NCBI GenBank assembly: GCA_002269645.1 | Contig: NIVC01004542.1 | Location: 1 to 42,732 of the forward strand | Source of the DNA: Macrostomum lignano | Lineage: Eukaryota | Direction: 5' to 3' | DNA length: 42,732 nt | Shown here: positions 24,251 through 35,686 of the stretch, in pieces | How positions within the stretch are numbered: the first letter of the stretch is position 1 | Layout: the number at the start of each line of letters is the position of its first letter | Notes under the pieces: model-generated | Database searches by the model: none | What the model saw: only the letters and a program-made list of their open reading frames with translations | What the model was told of the DNA's origin: nothing | Position numbers and translations under genes: made by a program

Positions 24251-27200
24251 ATGAGTTTTGGACGCGGCCGAGGCCAGCTCAGCCGGGGCCTGGTTATCGG
24301 TCTGGCTCATGAAGCCGATGCTGCTGTTGCCGCTGCTGCTGGCACCACTTCGGCCACTGCGGGTGCCGGTTTTGGCCGGGGATTGACAGAGTTTGGTCGG
24401 GGCGCCACAGCTGCTGCCGCCGCCTCTGCCTCTGCTGCTGATGTACCGTCGCCACCTGCTTCAGCCGACGCCGCCCCCGACGCCAAGCCGCCGCCGGCCA
24501 AATTCGGCCCGACCTTCGTGCCGTTCGGCCGTGGCGCACCTCGTCCTCGCCTTGAGGGCACCGGCGACTCCGCCCCGGCTGCTCCGAGTGCACCCGCGCC
24601 TGCGGCTCCTGTTGCTGCTGCCGCCACGGGCTTTGCTCGCGGATTTGGCCGCGGCTTGACCCCTGCTCTGTCTACCGCAGCCGCCGCTGGCTCCGCTGCC
24701 CCTCCGTCAGAAGCGATGAATCGCCTGTCTGTTCAGCAGTCTCCGAGGCAGGAGGTTCCTGCCGATGCCAATGCCGGCCCCGCTCGGCGACCGGCCAGAC
24801 GGCCTCAGGTGCAGCGAGTCGGCCCGTCGGACCAGCGTGGCACTGCTGGCGAGTCGATCAGCCTGTGCACCAATTTCCTGCGAGTGGAAGGCGCCGAACA
24901 CACAGTTGTCTATCAGTATAACATAACGCTGAATCCGCATGTGGACTCCCGGATGATGCGCGACCGACTGGTGCTGGGCATTCAAGACGAGGAGTTCCAG
25001 CGCGTCACCGGCCGCGTTGTCTCAGGCAACTGCTTGTACACCAATCGGCCTCTGGTTCGCGACTCTGTCGTGTACGAAGTGGCGTCAGGCGGCATGCGGG
25101 TGGCCGTTCAGCTGCAGCTGGTTGGCCAGGCCGCCCTGTCCAGCCTGCCCAGCGTGTACAATATGATATTCCGGTCTGTGCAGGCTCGCATGGATTTGGT
25201 GCAAGTGCGCCGGAACTACTTTAATCCAATGCTGGCTGAGAAAGTGTCCGGTATGGAGGTGAGCGCTTTCAATTCACGTTTTGTTTGGAGATTGGATGTT
25301 TAAATTTAAACATGATGAACTTTAAAAGCAGTTTGGAGAAAGCAATTAGGAGAATCACAGTTGGATTTGTGGAGAATCCCAGTTGGACTTGTGGAGAATC
25401 ACAGTTGGATTTGTGGAGAATCCCAGTTGGACTTGTGGAGAATCACAGTTGGATTTGTGGAGAATCCCAGTTGGACTTGTGGCAAATCACAGTTGGATTT
25501 GTGGAGAATCCCAGTTGGACGTATGGAGAATCCCAGTTGGATTTATGGAGAATCCCAGTTAGACTTTTGGGGAATCCCAGTTGAACTTCTGGAGAATCCC
25601 AGTTGGATTTGTGGAGAATCCCAGTTGGATTTATGGAGAATCCCAGTTGGATTTGTGTAGAATCCCAGTTGGACTTCTGGAGAATCCCAGTTGGATTTGT
25701 GGAGAATCCTAGTTGGATTTATGGAGAATCCCAGTTGGATTTGTGGAGAATCCCAGTTGCACTTATGGAGAATCCCAGTTGGACGTATGGAGAATCCCAG
25801 TTGGACTTATGGAGAATCCCAGTTGGACTTATGGAGAATCCCAGTTGGATTTGTGGAGAATCCCATTTGGACTTTTGGAGAAACCCACAGAGGGGGGCAT
25901 CGATAGTAATCTGCAATGCCAGCTCAATCTGTCCACAGGTGTGGCCGGGCTACATCACCTCGGCCAGTCAGGTGGACGGCGGCCTCCACCTAATGGTTGA
26001 GTCCAGCTGCCGGGTGGTTCGAACCCAAACAGTTTACGAGCTGTTTCAGTGCCTCGGCTACCGCTTAGACGCTATGAACGATGCTCTGTTGGAGTCCACG
26101 GTTGTCACTCGCTACAACAATAGGTTTTCGCGAGTTGACCAAATCGACATGAGCAAGGACTGCACCAGCACGTTCGAGCGATGCGGACGACAGGTATCCT
26201 ACATTGACTATTACAGGCAGCAGTACCGGTTGGAAATTCAGGACCCGCACCAGCCCTTGCTCATTAGCCGGGTCAAGCCAACTCGAGGCAGCGATGGCCG
26301 TTTAATTGAACAGCCTCCGAAGTGCCTGGTGCCGGAGCTCTGCTACGTGACCGGCATCACGGATGAAATGCGGCGAGACTTTCGACTGATGCGCGACCTG
26401 TCCAAGTTCACCAAGGTGCTTTTTGGGGATTTCAGATGGGTTTTATAAAGTACCTGGGGTTTCTTGGGTGAATTCAAGCACCACTGTAGTGAAACTCAAA
26501 GATCTTGTAGTTTTTGGAGGCCTATTTCCTGGGAAAATGATTGCATTGGCAGCGCTTGCAGCCTAGTGGTCAGAGCGTCGGACTCATAACTGAAAGGTCG
26601 GGGGTTCGATTCTCGACCCACTGGAAACAATTTGTGTCCTTGAGCAAGACACTTAACTCTGCATTGCTACAGTTCACCCAGCTGTAAAATGGGTGCCAGC
26701 ATTAGCTGGGGTTATTGAGGGTGTGTGGCGACCCACCCCCAGTCCTTGGACTGAACAGCCGTACGCAGCCTTCAGATGCGCCGCGCATCCGAGTAAAATG
26801 GTAGTATATAACAGGACCTGAACTCAAAGATCATGTACTTTTAGAGGCCAATTTCCTGGAAAAATACAGTAGACTTTTTTATTTTTTTCAAAAGATTGTA
26901 CTCGTACTTTTCTGGGTTATCAGATGTACTTTTGTGAGATAGCTCGTAGTAGATGTACTTTTCCTGACCTAGTAGATGTATTTTTCCTGACCTAGTGGAT
27001 GTATTTTTCCTGACCTAATAGATGTACTTTTCCAGACCTAGTAGATGTACTTTTCCTGACCTAGTGGATGTATTTTTCCTGACCTAATAGATGTACTTTT
27101 CCAGACCTAGTAGATGTACTTTTCCTGACCCAGCAGTTGTACTTTTTCTGACCCAGTAGTTGTACTTTTCCTGACCTAATAAGTGTAACTTTCCTGACCT

Positions 27201-30009
27201 AGTATGTGTACTTCTGTTGACAGGCAGGTGTAATTTGCAAAAATCAAAGCCGCTGTAAGTCCCTATTCCTCCCCTATCCAGCTGTCCCCGGATCGCCGTA
27301 TCGTTGAGCTGCGCAAATTCGTCCAGGCCATCAACAACCGGCCGGAGTGTCGCCAGCTGCTGGACGCCTGGGGCCTGCGCCTGCTGGAGGAGCCGGAGGT
27401 GGTGCCCGCCCGCCGCTTCGTCAACGAGCGGGTGCTGTTCGGCGGAGGCGGAGACCGCGGCGCTCTCGTCCCGGTATCGGTCGGCCAGACCAGCGAGTTC
27501 AAGCGGGCCCTGGCCGATAACCGGGTGCTGATTGACGGCAAGCTGCTGAAGTGGCTGGTGGTCTATCCGGCCAGGGAGGAGCGGATCATCGCCTCGTTCT
27601 GCGAGACCATGATGAAGAAATGCCGCGCCATGGGCATCACGGTTGCCCAGCCCAGCACCGTAGCCCTGCCGAATGACAGCACTGGGAACTATCAGCAGGC
27701 TATTAAAAATAATTTCTCAACGGATTTGAATCTGGTCTGCGCCGTGTTCACTTCACAGCGACAGGAGCGGTACAACGCTATTAAGCGTTTGTGCTGCAAC
27801 GATCTGGTGGTCCCCAGCCAGTGCCTGTGGACCAAGACTATCAGCGACCCCAAGAAGATGGGCAGCGTGGCCGTCAACGTTGCGGCACAGATTAACGTCA
27901 AGCTCGGCGGCGCCCTGTGGGGCATCGAAATTCCTTACCAGCGGTTTATGGTGAGTCTGGCAATTGTCTACCTGTCAAGTTTCTTACCTTTAAAACTTCC
28001 GGTATGCTAGATGATTCACTCACTTCCGGTATGCTTGATGATTCACTCACTTCCGGTATGCTTGATGATTCACTCACCTCCGTTATGCTTGATGATTCAC
28101 TCACCTCCGGTATGCTTGATGATTCACTCACCGGTATGCTTGATGATTCACTCACTTCCGGTATGCTTGATGATTCACTCACTTCCGGTATGCTTGATGA
28201 TTCACTCACTTCCGGTATGCTTGATGATTCACTCACCTCCGGTATGCTTGATGATTCACTCACCTCCGGTATGCTTGATGATTCACTCACCGGTATGCTT
28301 GATGATTCACTCACTTCCGGTATGCTTGATGATTCACTCACTTCCGGTATGCTTGATGATTCACTCACTTCCGGTATGCTTGATGATTCACTCACTTCCG
28401 GTATGCTTGATGATTCACTCACTTCCGGTATGTTTGATGATTCACTCACTTCCGGTATGCTTGATGATTTATTTACTTCGGGTATGCTTGATGATTCAAA
28501 CACTTCCGATATGCTTGATGATTCACTCACTTCCGGTATGCTTGATGATTCATTTACTGCCGGTACGCGGTTAATTTATTCACCCTCTACCTGTCAAATG
28601 AATCCTCCCTACATACTTCCGGTATGAAAAACTCATCATTCTAATAACTGGCTTGTCACCACCCCTGCAACCGCAGATGATCGGAATCGACGTGTACCAC
28701 GAGGACAAGCTGCGCTCCAGATCCGTCACAGGCGTCGTGGCCTCGGTGGACCAGTCGTGCACCCGCTGGTACTCGCGGGTGGCTTTCCAACGCCGGGGCG
28801 AGGAGATCTTGAACTCCATGCGTGTCATCCTGCACAGCCAGCTTGTCCGGTACGTCAACAATGTTGGCAGCCTGCCCGAAACCATCTTCGTTTACCGGGA
28901 CGGCGTGTCGGACAAGCAGATTGCCGATGTGCAGCAGAAGGAGGTTCGCGCCGTCTACGAAGCCATCAGCAGCTTCGGGGCGCAGGACTACCGGCCCAGA
29001 CTGGTGTTCCTTGTGGTGCAGAAGCGGATTAACCAGCGCCTCCTGCTGCAAAGGGGAACCGGCTACACCAACGCGCTGCCAGGTAAGATCGCGGCTTTTG
29101 CTTATAGCTTATAGCTATAACTATACAAAACTGACCAGTTAGAGCCCAGCCTCCATGAGAATCGCAATCAAAACACCCTGAGAATCGCTATCAAACCACC
29201 CTGAGAATCGCCATCAAACCACCCTGAGAATCGCCATCAAACCACCCTGAGAATCGCTATCAAACCACCCTGAGAATCGCCATCAAACCACCCTGAGAAT
29301 CGCCATCAAACCACCCTGAGAATCGCCATCAAACCACCCTGAGAATCGCTATCAAACCACCCTGAGAATCGCCATCAAACCACCCTGAGAATCGCCATCA
29401 AACCACCCTGAGAATCGCCCTCAAACCACCCTGAGAATCGCCCTCAAACCACCCTGAGAATCGCCCTCAAACCACCCTGAGAATCGCCCTCAAACCAGGC
29501 TGAGAATCACCCTCAAACCAGGCTGAGAATCACCATCAAACCACCCTGAGAATCGCCCTCAAACCAGGCTGAGAATCGCCCTCAAACCAGGCTGAGAATC
29601 ACCCTCAAACCAGGCTGAGAATCGCCCTAAACAGGCTGAGAATCGCCCTCACTAAGTGTTGTCAAGAACTAAAAAACCTGATATTTCTCAACCGCATTCC
29701 CACGCAGGCACGGTCCTGGACCACACCATCACCCGCCCGGACATGATGGACTTCTTCCTGGTGCCGCAGCACGTCAACCAGGGCACGGTGACGCCGGGCC
29801 ACTTCATAATCCTAGAATGCTCTGGCGGCGTGCCAGTAGACGAGATCCAGCAGCTCACCTTTCGCAGCTGCCATCTGTACTACAACTGGGCCGGCTCTAT
29901 CCGAGTCCCGGCGCCGTGCCAGTACGCACACAAGCTGGTGTACATGGTGGGCCAGAACACCAAAGATGAACCGGCCGAGGCCATCTGCGACCGCCTGTTC
30001 TACTTGTAA
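24251..30009 (+). CDS. piwi: PIWI-clade Argonaute, 953 aa; exons 24251-25258, 25939-26415, 27282-27950, 28677-29082, 29708-30009
   Basis: RG-rich N-terminus, WPGY, PAZ (TRYNNRF...YIDYY...LVPELC), MID (QINVKLGG) and PIWI domain with IGIDVYH, GEEI, YRDGV and YAHKL (D-E-D-H). The C-terminal LFYL is typical of the Piwi clade rather than AGO. All splice phases are consistent and there is no frameshift. Confidence 0.97.
25349..25880 (+). repeat. 22-bp minisatellite (~24 copies) in Piwi intron 1
   Basis: Unit GAGAATCCCAGTTGGA(T/C)TT(G/A)TG. Confidence 0.95.
26548..26812 (+). mobile_element. tRNA-derived SINE in Piwi intron 2
   Basis: tRNA-like head with A box (GCCTAGTGGTCAGAGCG), anticodon-like loop CTCATAA (Met-like) and B box GGTTCGATTC. 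It is followed by GTGTCCTTGAGCAAGACACTTAAC...CCAGCTGTAAAATGGG, a conserved metazoan SINE core-type body. Confidence 0.85.
26950..27205 (+). repeat. 23-24-bp minisatellite (~11 copies) in Piwi intron 2
   Basis: Unit TAGATGTACTTTTCCTGACCTAG. Confidence 0.9.
28003..28560 (+). repeat. 27-bp minisatellite (~21 copies) in Piwi intron 3
   Basis: Unit GATGATTCACTCACTTCCGGTATGCTT. Two 24-bp variant units lie about 159 bp apart. Confidence 0.95.
29157..29650 (+). repeat. 23-bp minisatellite (~21 copies) in Piwi intron 4
   Basis: Unit GAGAATCGCCATCAAACCACCCT, grading to GAGAATCGCCCTCAAACCAGGCT at the 3' end. Confidence 0.95.
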
Positions 30010-30859
30010 GCCCGGACAGATTTGCTACCAGGCTTTTGCTTAACAGCTGGCATCCTGCAAAAGCCAGCCTGCAAATATTTTTATTTATTATCCTAAAAAT
30101 AATTCTCGAACCATTCTGAGAATCAACTTCAATTTCTACTGTAAGTAGGCCTTCAAATCACATTAATGATTGTCCCATTTAATCCATATTTAAATTGAAA
30201 ATGCTTCCGCTGTTGTAAATGCTTCGCTTTTTCTTTTGCTTTTCTTTCTGCTGTTATGCTACGTCTATATAGATTTTTTCGCTGATTTATGATCTGTACA
30301 TTAAAAAATGTTTATTGATGTGTGTTCATTTATTGAACCTTTTTTATTTACAAAAATCTTGTGACTAAAGTTTTTGTAAATGTATTTTTGATTTTTGATT
30401 TCTGATTTTATGTAAGAAACACTTTTGAATTATATTTGGTTTACAATACGGCTGGCTCCTTTGCTAATTTATTTACTGTAATTTTTATCATTTATTCAAC
30501 TTTAAGTTGTTTATGTCTAGTCATCTATTCTGCTTGCGTTGTAAATATTAGTTAATCTTCCAATATTGTTTTAGCCTCGATTTATACGTTGTTTAGCTTC
30601 ACTTTTTTCCCATTTCAATACTTTAAAAAATAATCAATAATACATATAAATCGAATGTGTGCTTTTAGAAATTCAGCCGCCTACTGCGACTCGGCTGTTC
30701 GGTAATTATTTGGTATCAAATTTGTTTTCTGGTCTTTTTATAATAACCAAGATGATCGTTTCCTTCTCCAGTTTTCTCAATGAGAGTAGCGAACTGGCTG
30801 ATTTTGACCCGGTTGTCAAGCGGTCTAGGAATTAATGGAGCTGACAAACAATGGATTAG

Positions 30860-31240
30860 GAGCATGGGTTTCGGAAAATTTTAAAAAGTGGGGCCTGGTT
30901 AGGTACCATTGCTCCCACTCAAAAGTGAGGGGCCATGCCCGCCCCCCCCTGCCCCGGCCGTTCTGATGCCTTTGATCATTACTCATTTGTTATAATTAAT
31001 ATGTATAATTGCTGATCCAATCCATATTTTAGTCTCCACCTTTCATAAGATATAAAATTAGCAAATACATGTACTTATATGGATTAAAAATCAAAAAATT
31101 TCAGCACTGGATAAAAATACATGTATATCTTAAAAGTTTCTAAAAAAGTAGGGGAGAGGGGGCAGGTCCATTGAAAATGGCCCTCCTACTTTAAAAGTGG
31201 GTGGGGGGCATGGCCCCACTGCTCCCCGTTCCGACTCTTG
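30860..31240. mobile_element. Two remnants of GC-rich hAT-like non-autonomous elements
   Basis: Two related GC islands in AT-rich DNA: AAAAGTGAGGGGCCATGCCC...CCGTTCTGA (about 30920-30970) and AAAAGTGGGTGGGGGGCATGGCCCC...CCGTTCCGAC (about 31190-31235). No paired TIR or TSD found. Confidence 0.35.
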
Positions 31241-31893
31241 TGATTATACATGTAGGAGTGAAGATATACCAGGCCTTGATAGGAGAGGATTACCACCTTG
31301 AGGGACGCCGCGCGGCTTGAAGGCTTCGCTGATTGCCTCGCCCTCATGGATTTGAATCACCTGTCGTCAAGATTAGCTGGAGACGATCCCGACAATGTTG
31401 AGAGAAATATAAGTATCACATCCAAGAAACTTATGCCTCGCTAATTATAGATACATGTAGTTGTCAGACACCCACCATCAATCCAAAGAATCGGCAGGCC
31501 TCGATTCTGTTTGTAAGCTTGTCTTAGCAACTCTTTTGCTAAGACTTCAGTCTTGAAATTTTCTATATCGGTGCATTCTAATAGATTGTAGCATCAATTG
31601 CTTGCTCTCTGTTCTGGACCAATGATTGTCAACTCGAGTTAAGAATTGTTGGGCACGTTTGAGATATTCGTAATTAGGAATATTGCTGCGGGTAGATTAG
31701 AATTCTTAATTTGTTATTAATTTGTTAAAATCTCGATAAATCCTGTAATACTGTTATTATTTTTACAAATAAAAATCCTATTCTAAATAATTGTCATTAT
31801 GGCGATTGTTAAAATTTCTTACTTCGTGAATCTTTACGAATCATTTTTAAGTTTTCTGTCGCAATTATTTTATTTTCTATCATATTTTTCTAT

Positions 31894-32153
31894 GGGCCTT
31901 TTCATATTGCTTGTTCTGGTTCCAGAACCAGAACCAATTTGTGAAGTATAACTTTTTGTCTCCATAACTAGAGGGAGATACGTGCAATAAAGTTTTTATT
32001 ATTGAATGACAATCGCCAAGAAGAAAGTGAAAAATCGTGCTAAGTTAGGTTGTTAAGGCAGTCAAATATTAACAGAGTTTAATAGTTATACTGCTGTTTT
32101 TCTTGGAATTCCGAACCGATTCTGGTTCTGGAATTGGTAATATGAAAAGGCCC
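31894..32153. mobile_element. PIF/Harbinger-like (Tourist-like) MITE, 260 bp
   Basis: Perfect 15-bp TIR GGGCCTTTTCATATT / AATATGAAAAGGCCC, subterminal TTCCAGAACCAGAA at both ends, and 3-bp TSD TAT on both sides. Confidence 0.75.
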
Positions 32154-33701
32154 TATAGGTACCGTGTCTGTCTGTTACTATTGTCACCTAAATAATTCAA
32201 TCAATAAGACTGATCATCCAGTCACGAGACATAGCAGAGGGGCCTAACAGTTTTTATTAGGTTACTGTAATAGCCCTAGGTCTAATTTTTACTCTAAAGT
32301 TATGATTTTCGAGACTGATAGGCCCCTAATCTATATATTCGAGGTAATCGAGATTCGAGATTAAGCCTAATTAGTATAGGCCTATTTACACTAAATCTAT
32401 CTAACAAACCTAATAATAAAATTGTTATTTGTTAGTCCTAAGTGTGTTTGTGACCTAGTCCTAGTGTGTACAAGTACAATTACTGATAGAAAGAAAAACA
32501 ATGATTATTTAATATTGAGCTTGTTAATAACTTGCTTGATCCTTGATGAATATCAAATATAAATATAATATCACAGGGCCTAGTCACAAATCTTCACTTT
32601 TCTCAAGATCTCAAAATTGAGGTTAACCAAGAAGGCAAGATTGAGATTAAGAAAAGTGCTAAGATCTTGATGATCAAGATTCAAGATAGGCCTTATTGTC
32701 CAACTCCTAGTTATAAATAGGGAGCCTAAATTGAATATTGAATAACCTATATATAAAGATATGTAAGATGTGTCTATAGTTTCAGTATCAGTTTTTTAAG
32801 TTAGAGAAATTGCACTTTAAAGTTTGATCCTTTAATTGCACCTTAAAATTGGGCACAAAGTACAATTTTGAATCTTGTTTTTGGCAAAGAAAAACTGGTA
32901 CCTGGTAAAATGCAGAATCCACAGTAGAATTGGAATGGAATAGCACAGTAAAATGTGGAATCTGCAGTGGTATGTTAAAATGCAGAATCAACTACAGAAT
33001 CCACTAAAATGCAAAATGTAAGAATCAAAAAAAATAATTTTTAATTTTTATAGTTTTGCCTGCAGCAATGTAACTGTATAAAAAAAAGATATATAAAGAA
33101 ATTTTATTATGATTCTATATTTACACAAACTGAACTAGAAATAGCAGCATCTATTAGACCTTATTCAAAGTAGTAATATAGGTTCTCTCATAAATAGTAT
33201 GGCTGATAAGTATTGAAAATTATTATCATAATTTTCTCTCTAGTAGTTTGGTAAAATTTTGAAAGCTTTATTGTTATAAGATTATATATAATAAATCATA
33301 ATACACTTCAGCTACTTTGCATTTGCAATTTAGTTTAAGTTAAGTAGATTCTGTTTCTCATTCCATATCTTACCATTCTACTGTAGATTCCACATTTTAC
33401 TGGGTGCCAGAAAAACCTATACTTAACATTAGGCCTAGGGACTTAAGGCTTAATAATCTTAATTTTAGTCTCTACTATACACTGGGTATATAGCATAAAA
33501 ATCTTTGTTGCTTAAGACCTTAACAAGTACTAAGTAAGGACTTATTTATGTCATAAGCTTGCTTTACAAAATCTTTAAATTATTAGATAGCCTATATCAG
33601 AATTAAATGTAGGAAATATGTTTTTATAACTATATATTATGTCTAAAAACATATATGTTTTTAATATAAAACAGTATATATGTTTTTAGACATAATATAT
33701 A

Positions 33702-35008
33702 CGAGGGATACTCTAAAAGTTTTGCAATTCGACTATTTAAAGTTAGTTTTGCCAAACTTTCTATTACAATCCTTCAAAGTAGGCTCCCCGGAACTGCAAA
33801 CACTTGTGCGCTCGTCCGAGCCACTTGTTCATCAAGCCCTGGAAGTCTTCAATTGGGATGCCGTCAATCGCCTCCTTCGCCGCCTGCTCCAGCTCCTCGT
33901 CGGACTGAAACCTGCGCCCCCTAAGCGACTTTTTGATTTCTGGAAAGAGCCAGAAGTCGCAGGGGGCGAGGTCTGGTGAGTAGGCCGGGTGTGGTAGCGT
34001 TGAAATGCCCTCTTGGTCCAGGAACGCTCGAGTTGCAGCAGCCGTGTGGGCGGGGGCGTTGTCATGGTGAAGCTTCCGCCCTCGCATTCCCATCCTTGGC
34101 GCCCTCTGGGTCACGCTGTCGATCACGACTGGTAAGCACTCTTCAGTGTACCATCGAGCAGTGACTGTAGCTTGACCCTCCAGCTTCACCATCGCCACCA
34201 CGCCTTGTGAGTCGAAGAAAATGGCAAACATCCGCTTGCCCTGGGACCGGGACCGCCTTGCTTTCAGGGGTCGTTGACCACCTTCCGGCACCCACTCTGC
34301 ACTGCTGCGCTTTGTCTCGACGTCAAAATGATAGAGAAACGTCTCATCACCAGTGATGACCTCAGAGCGGCGCTGATGGCTCCCGTGCTCATATCGATCG
34401 ATGAGAAACTGACAGAACTCCATGCGGGCCTGTTTCTGAGCATCTGTCAGGATGTGGGGTATCCATAGGGCACAAAGCTTCCTGACTCTCAGGTGATCGT
34501 GTAGAATTGTATCGACCGCTGCCGATCCAATGCCGACATTCATAGCTAGCATGTCCGTGGTGATTCGCGGATCCTGATGAATCAGCTCCTGCACTGCAGC
34601 GATGTTTTCCTCTGTCACTGCTGTCGGAGGTCTCCCGGGCCGGGGGTCGTCAGAAAAGCTGGTCCTGCCGGCCTGGAACTCGCGGTACCAGTGTGTAACC
34701 GTAGCATATGACGGCGCTTGAGCCTCCAATGTTGCTAGTAGCTCGGCATGAGTCTCAAGCGCCGTGAGCTTTCGCTTGTGGCAGTACCAAATTAGTAGCC
34801 GATTCTGCTCACGATTCAATTCCATGGCTGCAGCTGTACAGTAAAGGAGTCTCTGATTTTGACTGGGGGCTGAGCAGGCGTATATGTATGAATTCACTTG
34901 AAAATTGAGGTGGGGACTATGTACATGTTTATTGTACTGAGAGTTGGTTTTGAAGATTGTGCGACTTGCGCAAGTTGTTGAATTGCAAAACTTTTAGAGT
35001 ATCCCTCG
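33702..35008 (-). mobile_element. Full-length mariner DNA transposon (1307 bp)
   Basis: Perfect 29-bp TIRs CGAGGGATACTCTAAAAGTTTTGCAATTC, TA TSD (33700-33701, 35009-35010) and a single intact transposase ORF. Confidence 0.97.
33764..34825 (-). CDS. Mariner transposase, 353 aa, DD34D
   Basis: Starts MELNREQ. Contains the HTH region, PGRP linker, WIPHIL, ITGDET, HHDNA, then 34 residues including YSPDLAPC to the third D. No stops or frameshifts. Confidence 0.95.
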   Translation of the reverse strand: MELNREQNRLLIWYCHKRKLTALETHAELLATLEAQAPSYATVTHWYREFQAGRTSFSDDPRPGRPPTAVTEENIAAVQELIHQDPRITTDMLAMNVGIGSAAVDTILHDHLRVRKLCALWIPHILTDAQKQARMEFCQFLIDRYEHGSHQRRSEVITGDETFLYHFDVETKRSSAEWVPEGGQRPLKARRSRSQGKRMFAIFFDSQGVVAMVKLEGQATVTARWYTEECLPVVIDSVTQRAPRMGMRGRKLHHDNAPAHTAAATRAFLDQEGISTLPHPAYSPDLAPCDFWLFPEIKKSLRGRRFQSDEELEQAAKEAIDGIPIEDFQGLMNKWLGRAHKCLQFRGAYFEGL

Positions 35009-35686
35009 TACTTATAAAAACATATTTCCTCCAGTGAGATTTCAAAAGTTATTATTTAGTTTATTATTCCAATTGATAAATCTTATTTCCCGAAGAACAA
35101 AAGACACCTTCATTTTTATATTGTTTAACTTTATTTATTTAACTCAACATTATTATTTATTATTTATTATTACCTTATCATATTAAATATTTCTTGATTA
35201 GATAGTTGAGGCCCTTTCATTTAGGCTCATCATTAAAAGCTAATAGCTTCAAGTGGCCAAAAAGCCTAATTTGCAGTTTTAGACATTCAATAACCTATAA
35301 TTCAAAAAACATGGTACAAACATAATTGTAAGTATTTATTTAGACTACCCCATTCAATTATGTCCTATATACCAAGAATGAGTTCAAGGTGGTGTACACT
35401 CCTGTGAGTGCCTGCTCAGGTTAGTTGGTATAATGGGCAGTAATGTCTTTCGCTGGTTGTGTGACAATGTTGCTTAAAGTGCACCAGGGGGCACACAGCC
35501 TCCTGCTTTTAACTAAAAGACATCGTAAAGAAAACTAAAGGACATCTAGAATTTATAAAATATGTGGCAGACTGAGGGCAGCCAGTCCTTTCCTTATGAT
35601 TAAATTTGTAGAGTTTCAAAAATGCCCCTCTTGCACGCCTGCCCCATTTCTGCTATAGCTTATCTCACCCTAATTTCTCAAAAAGA

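Noticed and set aside
25285-26000. Several ORFs with ENPSW/GESQLDLW repeats
   Set aside because: They are translations of the 22-bp array in Piwi intron 1.
26545-26625. Possible functional tRNA-Met gene
   Set aside because: The acceptor and anticodon stems are imperfect and the sequence continues into a SINE body, so it is annotated as a SINE head.
27917-28627. ORFs with SGMLDDSLT, ESSSIPEVS and MIHSLPVCL repeats
   Set aside because: All are frames of the 27-bp array inside Piwi intron 3; the flanking exons splice cleanly around it.
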